From an uncultured Saprospiraceae bacterium (lineage in GTDB: Bacteria; Bacteroidota; Bacteroidia; Chitinophagales; Saprospiraceae), in NCBI GenBank assembly GCA_937923345.1, contig CAKZVJ010000164.1, positions 4,052 through 68,051 of the forward strand: a DNA stretch of 64,000 bases, read 5' to 3'. The notes below the pieces were generated by a model that did not search any database, was not told where the DNA came from, and saw only the letters and a list, made by a program, of their open reading frames with translations. Positions 56,585-64,000 of this stretch are shown here, one piece after another. Numbering within the stretch: the first letter of the stretch is position 1; the number at the start of each line of letters is the position of its first letter. The position numbers and the translations under genes are program-made.

Positions 56585-57229
56585 TTATGAAACGCGAGTA
56601 TCTAGCCATTGTTTTGGATTTTGTCGCCAGTTTTGAATCGTTTCCAAGTCAGAATCCTCAATGTAGTTCGCCTTTATCGCTTCTTCTAACATGACTGGGA
56701 AGCTAGACAGGGTTTTAAAACTGCAATTGTGTTCTGCAAAGTTTTGATCCGCTTGGTCAAAACCATAGCTAAATATGGCTAATACACCGACGACCTCTAA
56801 TCCATCTTCTCGGAGATTCTCTACTGCTTTGAGGCAGCTCCCGCCGGTAGAAATCAAGTCTTCGATAACGAGTACTTTTTGTCCTGCCTCAAACTTACCT
56901 TCTGTCATTTTTTGACGTCCGTGCCCTTTCGCTTTACTACGAACATATACCATAGGTTCATCCGTAGCATCGCTAAGGAGAGTAGCGAATGGAATGCCGC
57001 TGGTAGCTACTCCAGCTACTAAGTCATAATCACCAAAACTAGAACAAGCTTCTTTTAAGGCATTTTTAATACCTGTACGTATCTCTGGAAAAGATAGAAT
57101 CAATCTATTATCACAGTATATGGGAGACTTGATGCCAGAGGCCCAAGTGAATGGATTTTGTGGACTTAGTTTTATTGCATTTATTTGCAATAGGTAAGAA
57201 GCCACATTTCTTGCTATATTGTCTGTCAT
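56585..57229 (-). CDS. pyrE: orotate phosphoribosyltransferase
   Basis: PRPP-binding loop VLVIEDLISTGGS and SGIKSPIYCDNR. Confidence 0.9.
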   Translation of the reverse strand: MTDNIARNVASYLLQINAIKLSPQNPFTWASGIKSPIYCDNRLILSFPEIRTGIKNALKEACSSFGDYDLVAGVATSGIPFATLLSDATDEPMVYVRSKAKGHGRQKMTEGKFEAGQKVLVIEDLISTGGSCLKAVENLREDGLEVVGVLAIFSYGFDQADQNFAEHNCSFKTLSSFPVMLEEAIKANYIEDSDLETIQNWRQNPKQWLDTRVS

Positions 57230-57327
57230 AGCCTTGAGGGAGTGTTTGCATTACCGTTTGTAATATAGAATGTCGACGGTAAGGTTATTCAAAATATCGA
57301 ACAAAGAAACGTAATTTATTAGAATTG

Positions 57328-57963
57328 ATGAAGATTTATATTCAAGAAACACCACTTTATTTGTGTCACAAGGCAGAGGATTTAGGTTTAGATTTAACGA
57401 ATAAGAATATCCTAGTCTCTACCTATACTGGCAAGATCAAGCACCTATTGAACCACATAGACCTGCTAGAGAAGAATGACAAATTACAGGCGGTGATATT
57501 GCAGTACAAAAATATAGAAATACTCACTGGAGATTTTCTCAATCTATATAAAGTATTGCCTGCCGCGGGTGCTCTGGTGAGCAATGAGCATGAAGAGTAT
57601 TTGATGATTCATCGATTGGGCTATTGGGATCTCCCTAAAGGTAAAATTGAGAAGGGGGAGTCGATTATAAAGGCAGCTAAAAGAGAAATAGAGGAAGAGA
57701 CTGGGGCTAAGAAGGTTATTATTGAAAAGTATCTTTTAACCACCTGGCACACTTATAAAATCAAGAAAAAGCGGTATCTCAAAAAGACTTTTTGGTTTGA
57801 GGCCACTGCGCCGAAGCAAGATCTGACGGCACAAGCAGAGGAAAAAATTGAAAAGGCTATTTGGACAAGATTTGATGAAGTAGATGTAAGTGAGGAGCCT
57901 ATATATAATAACATTCTTGATGTCATAGAGGCCTCTTTAGATTCCTCTAAAATCAAACAATAA
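57328..57963 (+). CDS. NUDIX hydrolase with an N-terminal extra domain
   Basis: Nudix box GKIEKGESIIKAAKREIEEETG. Confidence 0.8.
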   Translation: MKIYIQETPLYLCHKAEDLGLDLTNKNILVSTYTGKIKHLLNHIDLLEKNDKLQAVILQYKNIEILTGDFLNLYKVLPAAGALVSNEHEEYLMIHRLGYWDLPKGKIEKGESIIKAAKREIEEETGAKKVIIEKYLLTTWHTYKIKKKRYLKKTFWFEATAPKQDLTAQAEEKIEKAIWTRFDEVDVSEEPIYNNILDVIEASLDSSKIKQ

Positions 57964-58048
57964 AGTCTTTGTATAAACGTTACTCTGCCGTATAATCCCG
58001 TCACAATACCATCGGACATATTTTAAACAAGACACTCAAAATAACATC

Positions 58049-58432
58049 ATGCAGCGCTTAGCACTGACTCTATTAATTAGTTTAACGTCTACCTGTTTTT
58101 GCCTCCAAGCACAGTCCGCATCCTTAGAAATTTCAACCATTTTTACTGAAGTACTCAACAAAAATCCCACTGTATCTGACAGTGATTGGGTTTACTATCA
58201 AGACTTGGAAAATAAATTGTTCTTAATAGACTTTGAATCGATACATCAAAACATAGTTGAAATTGTTTTGCGCAATAGAATAACTAATCAGATAGTATAT
58301 CGTGAAGATGTTTTTGATCTTCCTGTAAATTCGATATATGAATTGGATTATAAGTCCTACTTAAAAGGTAGCTACAGCATTGAGCTCCGTTCTTTTGTAC
58401 GTACCATAGTGCATAACTTGGAGTTTCACTAA
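58049..58432 (+). CDS. hypothetical small secreted protein
   Basis: 127 aa with a signal peptide ending CLQAQS. No family recognised. Confidence 0.45.
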   Translation: MQRLALTLLISLTSTCFCLQAQSASLEISTIFTEVLNKNPTVSDSDWVYYQDLENKLFLIDFESIHQNIVEIVLRNRITNQIVYREDVFDLPVNSIYELDYKSYLKGSYSIELRSFVRTIVHNLEFH

Positions 58433-58720
58433 TCCTTCCTTTTCTTGTCTTTTTAAACAAGCTGTTTGCCATCCTTTTTTACAGTATAGCTAAAATGCTA
58501 TATTTGAGCCGATAAATGTATGAAGGATGCTGAATGTGAAAAGTCATATACCGAAGCGATATAAGTACTTGGTTATCCTACATTTGTAAGGAGATTCACT
58601 GAGATCCTAATCTGCTGACTAGTAGCATATTAAAATTTATTACCGATTCATTGGCTAACAATTCTTTTTTTTCTGAGTATACCATTGAGTCCACTCTTAT
58701 TAGTTTAAAGATAAGCTTGA

Positions 58721-59509
58721 ATGCAGGAAAGGCATAAGAATAGAAAAATATATTTCGAAGAACAAGGTATTACCACTACGCAATATGTGATTCCATACGT
58801 GGAGGAGGTGATGATCGTAGATACCCAAACGCGTGTGCTGGAAATAGGCTGTGGAGAAGGAGGAAACCTGATGCCTTTTGTGAAAAGGGGCTGCGAGGTG
58901 GTTGGAATAGACTTGAATTGTCCCCAAATAGAGCGTGCAAAGCAATATATCAAAGAAGAGAACCCAGATGCTAAAGCGACCTTGATCTGTGAGGACATCT
59001 ACAATATTGATCCCAAAGAACTAGGAAGCTTTGATTTGATTTTTATGAGGGATGTGATTGAGCACATTCACAATCAAGAAAAGTTCATGCCTTTCTTAGC
59101 TCATTTTATAAAACCCACTGGAAAGATATTTTTTGGATTTCCACCTTGGAGAATGCCTTTTGGTGGGCACCAGCAAATATGCAGAAGTGCTTTGTTAAGC
59201 AAGATGCCGTGGCATCATTTATTGCCTATGCCTTTATACAAAGGACTTTTAAAATCATTTGGCGAGCCCGATAAGACGGTCGAAGATTTGGTAGAAATCA
59301 AAGAAACAGGCATAAGTATCCGTCGCTTTGAACGCATTGTTGCCGAGAGTGGGTATGCTTATGACAAAAAGGATTTGTATTTTATTAATCCAAATTACAA
59401 AATCAAGTTTGGTTTACAACCGCGCAAATTAACTTCGCTCATCAAACATGTTCCTTATATCAGAGATTTCTTTACCACTTGTTACTATTGTGTGATTCAT
59501 AAGAATTAG
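58721..59509 (+). CDS. class I SAM-dependent methyltransferase
   Basis: Motif I VLEIGCGEGGNL, motif II-like DLIFMRDVIEH. Confidence 0.7.
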   Translation: MQERHKNRKIYFEEQGITTTQYVIPYVEEVMIVDTQTRVLEIGCGEGGNLMPFVKRGCEVVGIDLNCPQIERAKQYIKEENPDAKATLICEDIYNIDPKELGSFDLIFMRDVIEHIHNQEKFMPFLAHFIKPTGKIFFGFPPWRMPFGGHQQICRSALLSKMPWHHLLPMPLYKGLLKSFGEPDKTVEDLVEIKETGISIRRFERIVAESGYAYDKKDLYFINPNYKIKFGLQPRKLTSLIKHVPYIRDFFTTCYYCVIHKN

Positions 59510-59517
59510 TACTTTTG
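59488..59517 (+). promoter_or_regulatory. Bacteroidota-type promoter for the barnase-barstar pair
   Basis: TTG at 59488-59490, 19-nt spacer, TACTTTTG at 59510-59517 directly after the methyltransferase stop. ATG at 59576. Confidence 0.5.
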
Positions 59518-59575
59518 AGTGTCTTTCAACTAAAGAAGAAAAATATCAATTCACTGTTTTATAAGACTATAGTAA

Positions 59576-59995
59576 ATGGCTAGTAAGAAAAATAAGACGT
59601 CTTCGATTATCTATACGATTATTGCTGTTTTAGCTCTATTCCTATTCAAGCAGTATGAATCTGGCGGATTTCCATTTGGTGGGAGTATTTCAGATATTAC
59701 TGCTTCCTCGACCTTAAAGCAAGGTGAGGTACCTGCCAAAGTTTATGATGTTTTAAACTATGTCAAGGAGAATGGCAAGGCTAAGAAAGGCTATGTAGGT
59801 GGTCGTACTTTTCAGAATCGCGAAAAGATTTTACCGAAAGTAGATGCCAAGGGTCAAAAGATAAAATATCAGGAATGGGATGTCAATCGAAAGATACAAG
59901 GTAAAAATCGCGGGGCAGAAAGGATGGTCACAGGCAGCGATGGCAGGTCCTGGTACACCAGTGACCATTACAAATCATTTACAGAGATAAAATAA
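59576..59995 (+). CDS. secreted/membrane-anchored barnase-family (N1/T1/Sa) ribonuclease
   Basis: N-terminal hydrophobic anchor. FQNREKILP, YQEWDVN (catalytic Glu), RGAERMV and YTSDHYKSFTEI (catalytic His) align with barnase FSNREGKLP / WREADIN / RNSDRIL / TTDHYQTFTKI. Confidence 0.85.
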   Translation: MASKKNKTSSIIYTIIAVLALFLFKQYESGGFPFGGSISDITASSTLKQGEVPAKVYDVLNYVKENGKAKKGYVGGRTFQNREKILPKVDAKGQKIKYQEWDVNRKIQGKNRGAERMVTGSDGRSWYTSDHYKSFTEIK

Positions 59996-59997
59996 CT

Positions 59998-60339
59998 ATG
60001 AAGCCAATAAAACACATACAAGATCCTTTTTTTAGTACTGATAAAACGCACTATGCTTTTATTGATGGAGCAGTATGCCCCACTATAGATAAAGCATACA
60101 ACAAGCTCCAAGAGCAACTTTCCTTCCCTGACTATTTTAGTCATAACTTAGACTCTTTAGATGAAATCCTTTCTGATTTAGAGTGGATAACTAAACCTCG
60201 GATAAGACTTATTATCACAGATGTGCCTAGTCTTTTGACTGAGGAGGATATGGACAGAAAAGAGTCTTTTATGGAGGTCATCAATGAGCATCAAAATGAG
60301 CGATTAGAAGTATACTACATAGGAGTAGCTGCTGTCTAA
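59998..60339 (+). CDS. barstar-family ribonuclease inhibitor
   Basis: LSFPDYFSHNLDSLDEILSDLEW matches the barstar inhibitory helix region [21 protein letters not shown]. Starts 2 nt after the RNase stop. Confidence 0.8.
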   Translation: MKPIKHIQDPFFSTDKTHYAFIDGAVCPTIDKAYNKLQEQLSFPDYFSHNLDSLDEILSDLEWITKPRIRLIITDVPSLLTEEDMDRKESFMEVINEHQNERLEVYYIGVAAV

Positions 60340-60344
60340 TTTCT

Positions 60345-61475
60345 TTACAGTTTAGAAAAATCAACATTGCTAGCAAGTCTTTCAAGATAATATTTGGGAT
60401 TGTTGAGGGCATCTCTTTCATCCTCAGCGACATCCATAATTTCATAAACCTTTGAGATATTTAGTGCTGTAGATTCATCTTTTGTTAAATCGTTTTTACC
60501 AACAAAAAGGAACAGCGGTTTATTATAAGATCTGCATAAGTCGGAGACCCCTTTCACCAATTTACCATCTATGCTTTGCTTATCGACCTTTCCTTCTCCA
60601 GAGATAACTATATCTGCAGATTTAATTTTTTCCTCTAGCCCTGTCAACTCTATAAAGGTTTTTATTCCGCTTTGAAGTTGGGAATCAAACAAGCCAAGTA
60701 GGCAAGCTGGGGTACCGCCCGCCGCACCTACTCCTTTTAGATTAGTCAAATCTTTCCCAGAATAACTTTTGAGTACCTTTTCTAAATGTATTAGGCCATC
60801 GTCTAAATACTTAATCATTTTATGGTCAGCTCCTTTTTGCTTAGCGTACACAAAACTAGCTCCGTTTGGACCATGTAGCGGATTACTTACATCACATAAA
60901 ATGGTAAAATTGACCCTAGAAATGTGTTTAAAACCAGCAGTTTTTTCGATTTTAAAAATCTGGCCTAGGTTTTGGCCTATAGGGGAAAGGGGATTTTTCA
61001 AATTATCAGTAAAGGTATATCCAAGTGCTGAGGCTATTCCCATGCCTCCATCAGTAGTAGCTGATCCACCAAGAAAAAGATAGATTTGCTTAAATCCTTT
61101 GCTAATGGCATCCAGGATAATCGTTCCTGTACCTAGTGTGCTGGTCAAAAGTGGATTGTATTCAGAATCGTTGAGTAAACTTAATCCACTTGCCTTAGCC
61201 AACTCCACGAACGCACTTTTATCTGAAGTATAGTAGTAGGATTGAATCAGCCTACCTAAAGGATCCGTAGTAGAAACTTCATGCTTTTGCACCTCTACAT
61301 ACTGAGCTAAAATATCTATCGATCCATCACCACCATCCGCCAAGGGGTGAATCCATATGTGGTAGTTGCTGCTTTTTCTTGCCAATCCATTACGGATGCT
61401 TTCACAAACTTCTTGAGCAGTTAAAGTACCTTTAAATTTATCTGGAGCAATTAAGATTTTGACTTGGGTTTTCAA
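60345..61475 (-). CDS. glxK: glycerate kinase
   Basis: ILIAPDKFKGTLTA N-terminus, ADGGDGS and ISGEGKVDKQS motifs. Confidence 0.85.
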   Translation of the reverse strand: MKTQVKILIAPDKFKGTLTAQEVCESIRNGLARKSSNYHIWIHPLADGGDGSIDILAQYVEVQKHEVSTTDPLGRLIQSYYYTSDKSAFVELAKASGLSLLNDSEYNPLLTSTLGTGTIILDAISKGFKQIYLFLGGSATTDGGMGIASALGYTFTDNLKNPLSPIGQNLGQIFKIEKTAGFKHISRVNFTILCDVSNPLHGPNGASFVYAKQKGADHKMIKYLDDGLIHLEKVLKSYSGKDLTNLKGVGAAGGTPACLLGLFDSQLQSGIKTFIELTGLEEKIKSADIVISGEGKVDKQSIDGKLVKGVSDLCRSYNKPLFLFVGKNDLTKDESTALNISKVYEIMDVAEDERDALNNPKYYLERLASNVDFSKL

Positions 61476-61494
61476 ATTTTTGCACTTGTGATAA

Positions 61495-63132
61495 TTAAAA
61501 AAGGCTAGGAAGAATGGCCGAGAAAGCTATTATAAAAACAAAGAAGCCTAGCAGTATAAAACTTTCTTTGGTAAGAAAATCCGTAGAAGTAAACTTAGGT
61601 CTATTTAATAATGATTCGTCCTTTGGAGTCGCTGGAAAAACTTTACTCATTAGCCAGGCGATGCTTAGCGCTAGAAAGAAACCCGTAAAGTTCAACCATA
61701 TCCAGAATATGGAAAAGCCAAATTCAAAGCCAAATATGTTTTGTATCGTTTGAGAGAAAATCAAGTTAATCAGTACAGAGATGATAATACCTATTTTCAT
61801 CCCCATAGCACTTATATTCCTTGAAAAGATAGCAAGCAAGAAAGTAGCCAAAACGGGGCCATAAAAAACAGATCCAATAGCGTTTATTATCTCAATCACA
61901 GGACTATCGCTTCCTCCAAAAAGGAATGCGGCACCGATGCACACAACGCCCCAGAAGACTACCATATATTTGGAATACTGGATATAATTAGCATCATTGA
62001 CTATACCTTTGCGTTTGAGAATATCTTCCACCGTCACCGCTGACAGGGAGTTTATGGTGGAGCTGAGCGACGACATGGCAGCAGATAATATACCTACCAT
62101 CAGTAGACCAATCAAGCCATGTGGAAGATATTCTAGGATAAATATGGGCATCATAAGATCTGCTTTCATACCTGATTTAGCATACTCTTCGGGAAAGTGT
62201 AGCTGTGTGGTATCCTCTATCGCAGTTAGAAACTCAGGGCTGGACATGACTAGGGAACCAATAATTAAGCCCATGATACAGTAGACTAGGACTACTGGAA
62301 ATCGTAGTAAACCATTAGCCAACAGTAATTTTTTAATGGTTCCTTCATTTTTGGCGGAAAGCATTCGTTGAGCTTGTGTTTGATCGCAGCCATAATAGGA
62401 TACATATAAAAAGAAACCTCCGATGATCATAGGGAATATGCCATAGGTCTCACCAGCTTGCGTCCCCATATTAAAGTCTATAACCTGCAATCTACTGGGA
62501 TCTGAAATCAAGCTTCCCCCAGTTTCATTCAGAAGGGACCATCCAAAGAAAAGACATACTACTAATCCAAGAAATAAAATTATCATCTGAATAGCATCCC
62601 CCCAAACAACTGCTTTCATGCCCCCTTGCCATGAATAAATAATAGTGATTACACTGATAATGAGAATAGTAATTGAAAAGGGTAGGTTTAAAACGGCTTG
62701 CAGTATAAAGGCAATGGTATAGACCATAACTCCTGTACTCAAGGCCCGATTGATTTGAAAGACAATACTCAGTATCATTCTAGTACTGTAATCAAATCTT
62801 CTTTCCGCATATTCGTAAATACTGACAATCCCGGCCCTAAATAATGGTGGAATAACCACTAGCATGATAAATAGCATCGCGATTGGCACCGCCATTTCGA
62901 AGGTAAGCCACTTCAATCCGCCCCCTAGTTTCAATCCAACAAAAGCTGGTGCTGAAATGAAACTAATAGCAGATAGCTGGGTGGCCATGGTAGACAGGCT
63001 GAGAGGAAACCAGCCCAAAGAATTGCCGCCGAGAAAGTAATCCTTTGAAGATTTATTTTGCTTGAAGAAAAATCCTAGAAAAATAAATCCTATCAGATAG
63101 ATTCCAATGATGATATAGTCTAAATAGTTCAT
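61495..63132 (-). CDS. sodium:solute symporter (SSS) family transporter
   Basis: About 13-14 TM helices with SSS-like organisation (GGNSLGWFPLSLS..., GGMKAVVWGDAIQ). Confidence 0.8.
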   Translation of the reverse strand: MNYLDYIIIGIYLIGFIFLGFFFKQNKSSKDYFLGGNSLGWFPLSLSTMATQLSAISFISAPAFVGLKLGGGLKWLTFEMAVPIAMLFIMLVVIPPLFRAGIVSIYEYAERRFDYSTRMILSIVFQINRALSTGVMVYTIAFILQAVLNLPFSITILIISVITIIYSWQGGMKAVVWGDAIQMIILFLGLVVCLFFGWSLLNETGGSLISDPSRLQVIDFNMGTQAGETYGIFPMIIGGFFLYVSYYGCDQTQAQRMLSAKNEGTIKKLLLANGLLRFPVVLVYCIMGLIIGSLVMSSPEFLTAIEDTTQLHFPEEYAKSGMKADLMMPIFILEYLPHGLIGLLMVGILSAAMSSLSSTINSLSAVTVEDILKRKGIVNDANYIQYSKYMVVFWGVVCIGAAFLFGGSDSPVIEIINAIGSVFYGPVLATFLLAIFSRNISAMGMKIGIIISVLINLIFSQTIQNIFGFEFGFSIFWIWLNFTGFFLALSIAWLMSKVFPATPKDESLLNRPKFTSTDFLTKESFILLGFFVFIIAFSAILPSLF

Positions 63133-63167
63133 TCTGTTTCTGGTTGATTTTTTGTGTAATCACGAAA

Positions 63168-64000
63168 CTACGATTGTTCATGGATCAAATCTAGTATACA
63201 AGCTGCGGTCCAGCTAAAATCAGATCCACCATATCCTTTTTCTAAATTTTTGACAAGGCTTTTCTGGGATTCAAAGTACTCGTGTAGTCCTAACTTGTTT
63301 ACCAATTCAAAAAAATTATTTTTGACAATATTGGCTGTTGCTTCAAATCCGTACGCTTTCAGGCCATGGTATACAATCCAATTCATCTGAGGCCAAATAG
63401 GTCCTCTCCAATATCGTTTAGAGTCAAATAATGCATCTTCTGGATCAAAGGACGGGCAGAGAAAAAAGTCTCTTGCATGTAAGCCCTGAAGGTAATCATT
63501 CAATTTGTTCGCTTTTTCTAAATCGGGAATCTCAGCAAAGAGGGCACATAGTCCTCCTATCTCCTTGTGCTTGATCTGCGTCTGTCCACGCAGATCGTAG
63601 ACTACATAAGTATCGAGGGCATCATACCATAGTTTTTCATTAAACTTTGGAATAGAGGCTTGTTGCCACTCTTCTATCTCTGCAACATCAAATCCTAGAC
63701 GTGTTCCGAGTTGTATTAATGCCTTGTTCGATCGAATAAGAATGGCATTCATTAGCGTGTCTTGGATTAAAAAAGGGCTCTCATCAAAGATGGCTCTTTC
63801 TTCATATTTGTACTTCTTTCCCAATTCTAACAAATACACATATTTATCATATTCATCTGAGGTGGGTCTTTCACTCGCCTCTGAAATACTGGTGTCCTTT
63901 CTCGTATACTTTGGAAGAGTATCTTTGTCAATAATGATTCTAGCCAAAGAGTTATCCCATAGGGGAGAGTTATCTCTTCCAGATTCCCAGGGGTGATATA
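63168..64000 (-). CDS. GH63-like glycoside hydrolase (mannosyl-/glucosyl-glycerate hydrolase-like), N-terminus outside the window
   Basis: The reading frame stays open upstream of the TTG at 63947 to the window edge and encodes YHPWESGRDNSPLWDNS. RYWRGPIWPQMNW lies further on. Both resemble (alpha/alpha)6 GH63/GH37-type motifs. Confidence 0.65.
   Translation of the reverse strand, partial: YHPWESGRDNSPLWDNSLARIIIDKDTLPKYTRKDTSISEASERPTSDEYDKYVYLLELGKKYKYEERAIFDESPFLIQDTLMNAILIRSNKALIQLGTRLGFDVAEIEEWQQASIPKFNEKLWYDALDTYVVYDLRGQTQIKHKEIGGLCALFAEIPDLEKANKLNDYLQGLHARDFFLCPSFDPEDALFDSKRYWRGPIWPQMNWIVYHGLKAYGFEATANIVKNNFFELVNKLGLHEYFESQKSLVKNLEKGYGGSDFSWTAACILDLIHEQS

Noticed and set aside
58700-58998. 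Two overlapping minus-strand ORFs (81 and 97 aa) at the 5' end of the methyltransferase gene
   Set aside because: They are antisense to a gene with a clear SAM-binding motif I (VLEIGCGEGGN). They overlap each other in different frames and have no motifs.
1-64000. Prophage, integrative element, defence island or secondary-metabolite cluster
   Set aside because: I found no integrase, recombinase, transposase, capsid/terminase, restriction-modification, Cas, abortive-infection-type ATPase/nuclease pair, PKS/NRPS or RiPP-maturation gene among the ORFs. The only toxin/immunity-like pair is barnase/barstar.

Overview
This is an AT-rich, densely coding chromosomal segment that looks like Bacteroidota core genome. 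The lineage clues are a T9SS C-terminal sorting domain, a ParB-DUF5683 pair, an ExbB-ExbD-ExbD-TonB-FolC block, a futalosine-pathway gene, a thrombospondin-repeat OmpA, and several TTTG / TAnnTTTG promoter matches. I call about 61 protein genes. Most are housekeeping: gatC, hemH, coaD, pyrE, ilvE, folC, pruA, rdgB, rnd, selO, ubiX, parB and a thiolase plus multifunctional beta-oxidation pair. The rest are envelope and secreted proteins. I recognise no rRNA, tRNA, CRISPR array, transposase, integrase or phage gene. The most unusual signal is non-coding. At least seven, possibly nine, GC-rich 130-230 nt multi-hairpin elements sit in intergenic gaps, usually just after stop codons and in either orientation. 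They fall into two architectures, each with conserved single-stranded boxes flanking stems that differ between copies but stay self-complementary. I cannot assign them to any named RNA or IS family. Several cluster in a gene-poor 1.5 kb stretch (26.8-28.4 kb). That stretch also holds one copy of a 119-nt AT-rich repeat whose inverted partner starts in the stop codon of a T9SS cargo gene at 40981. Other items worth a look are a tightly packed DUF4956 / HlyD-like / TolC-like operon with no recognisable pump, a secreted barnase-family RNase with barstar, and a GH63-like hydrolase / Na-solute symporter / glycerate kinase operon. Two tandem ExbD paralogues share an identical first 33 residues. All product calls rest on motif recognition by eye; no database search was run.
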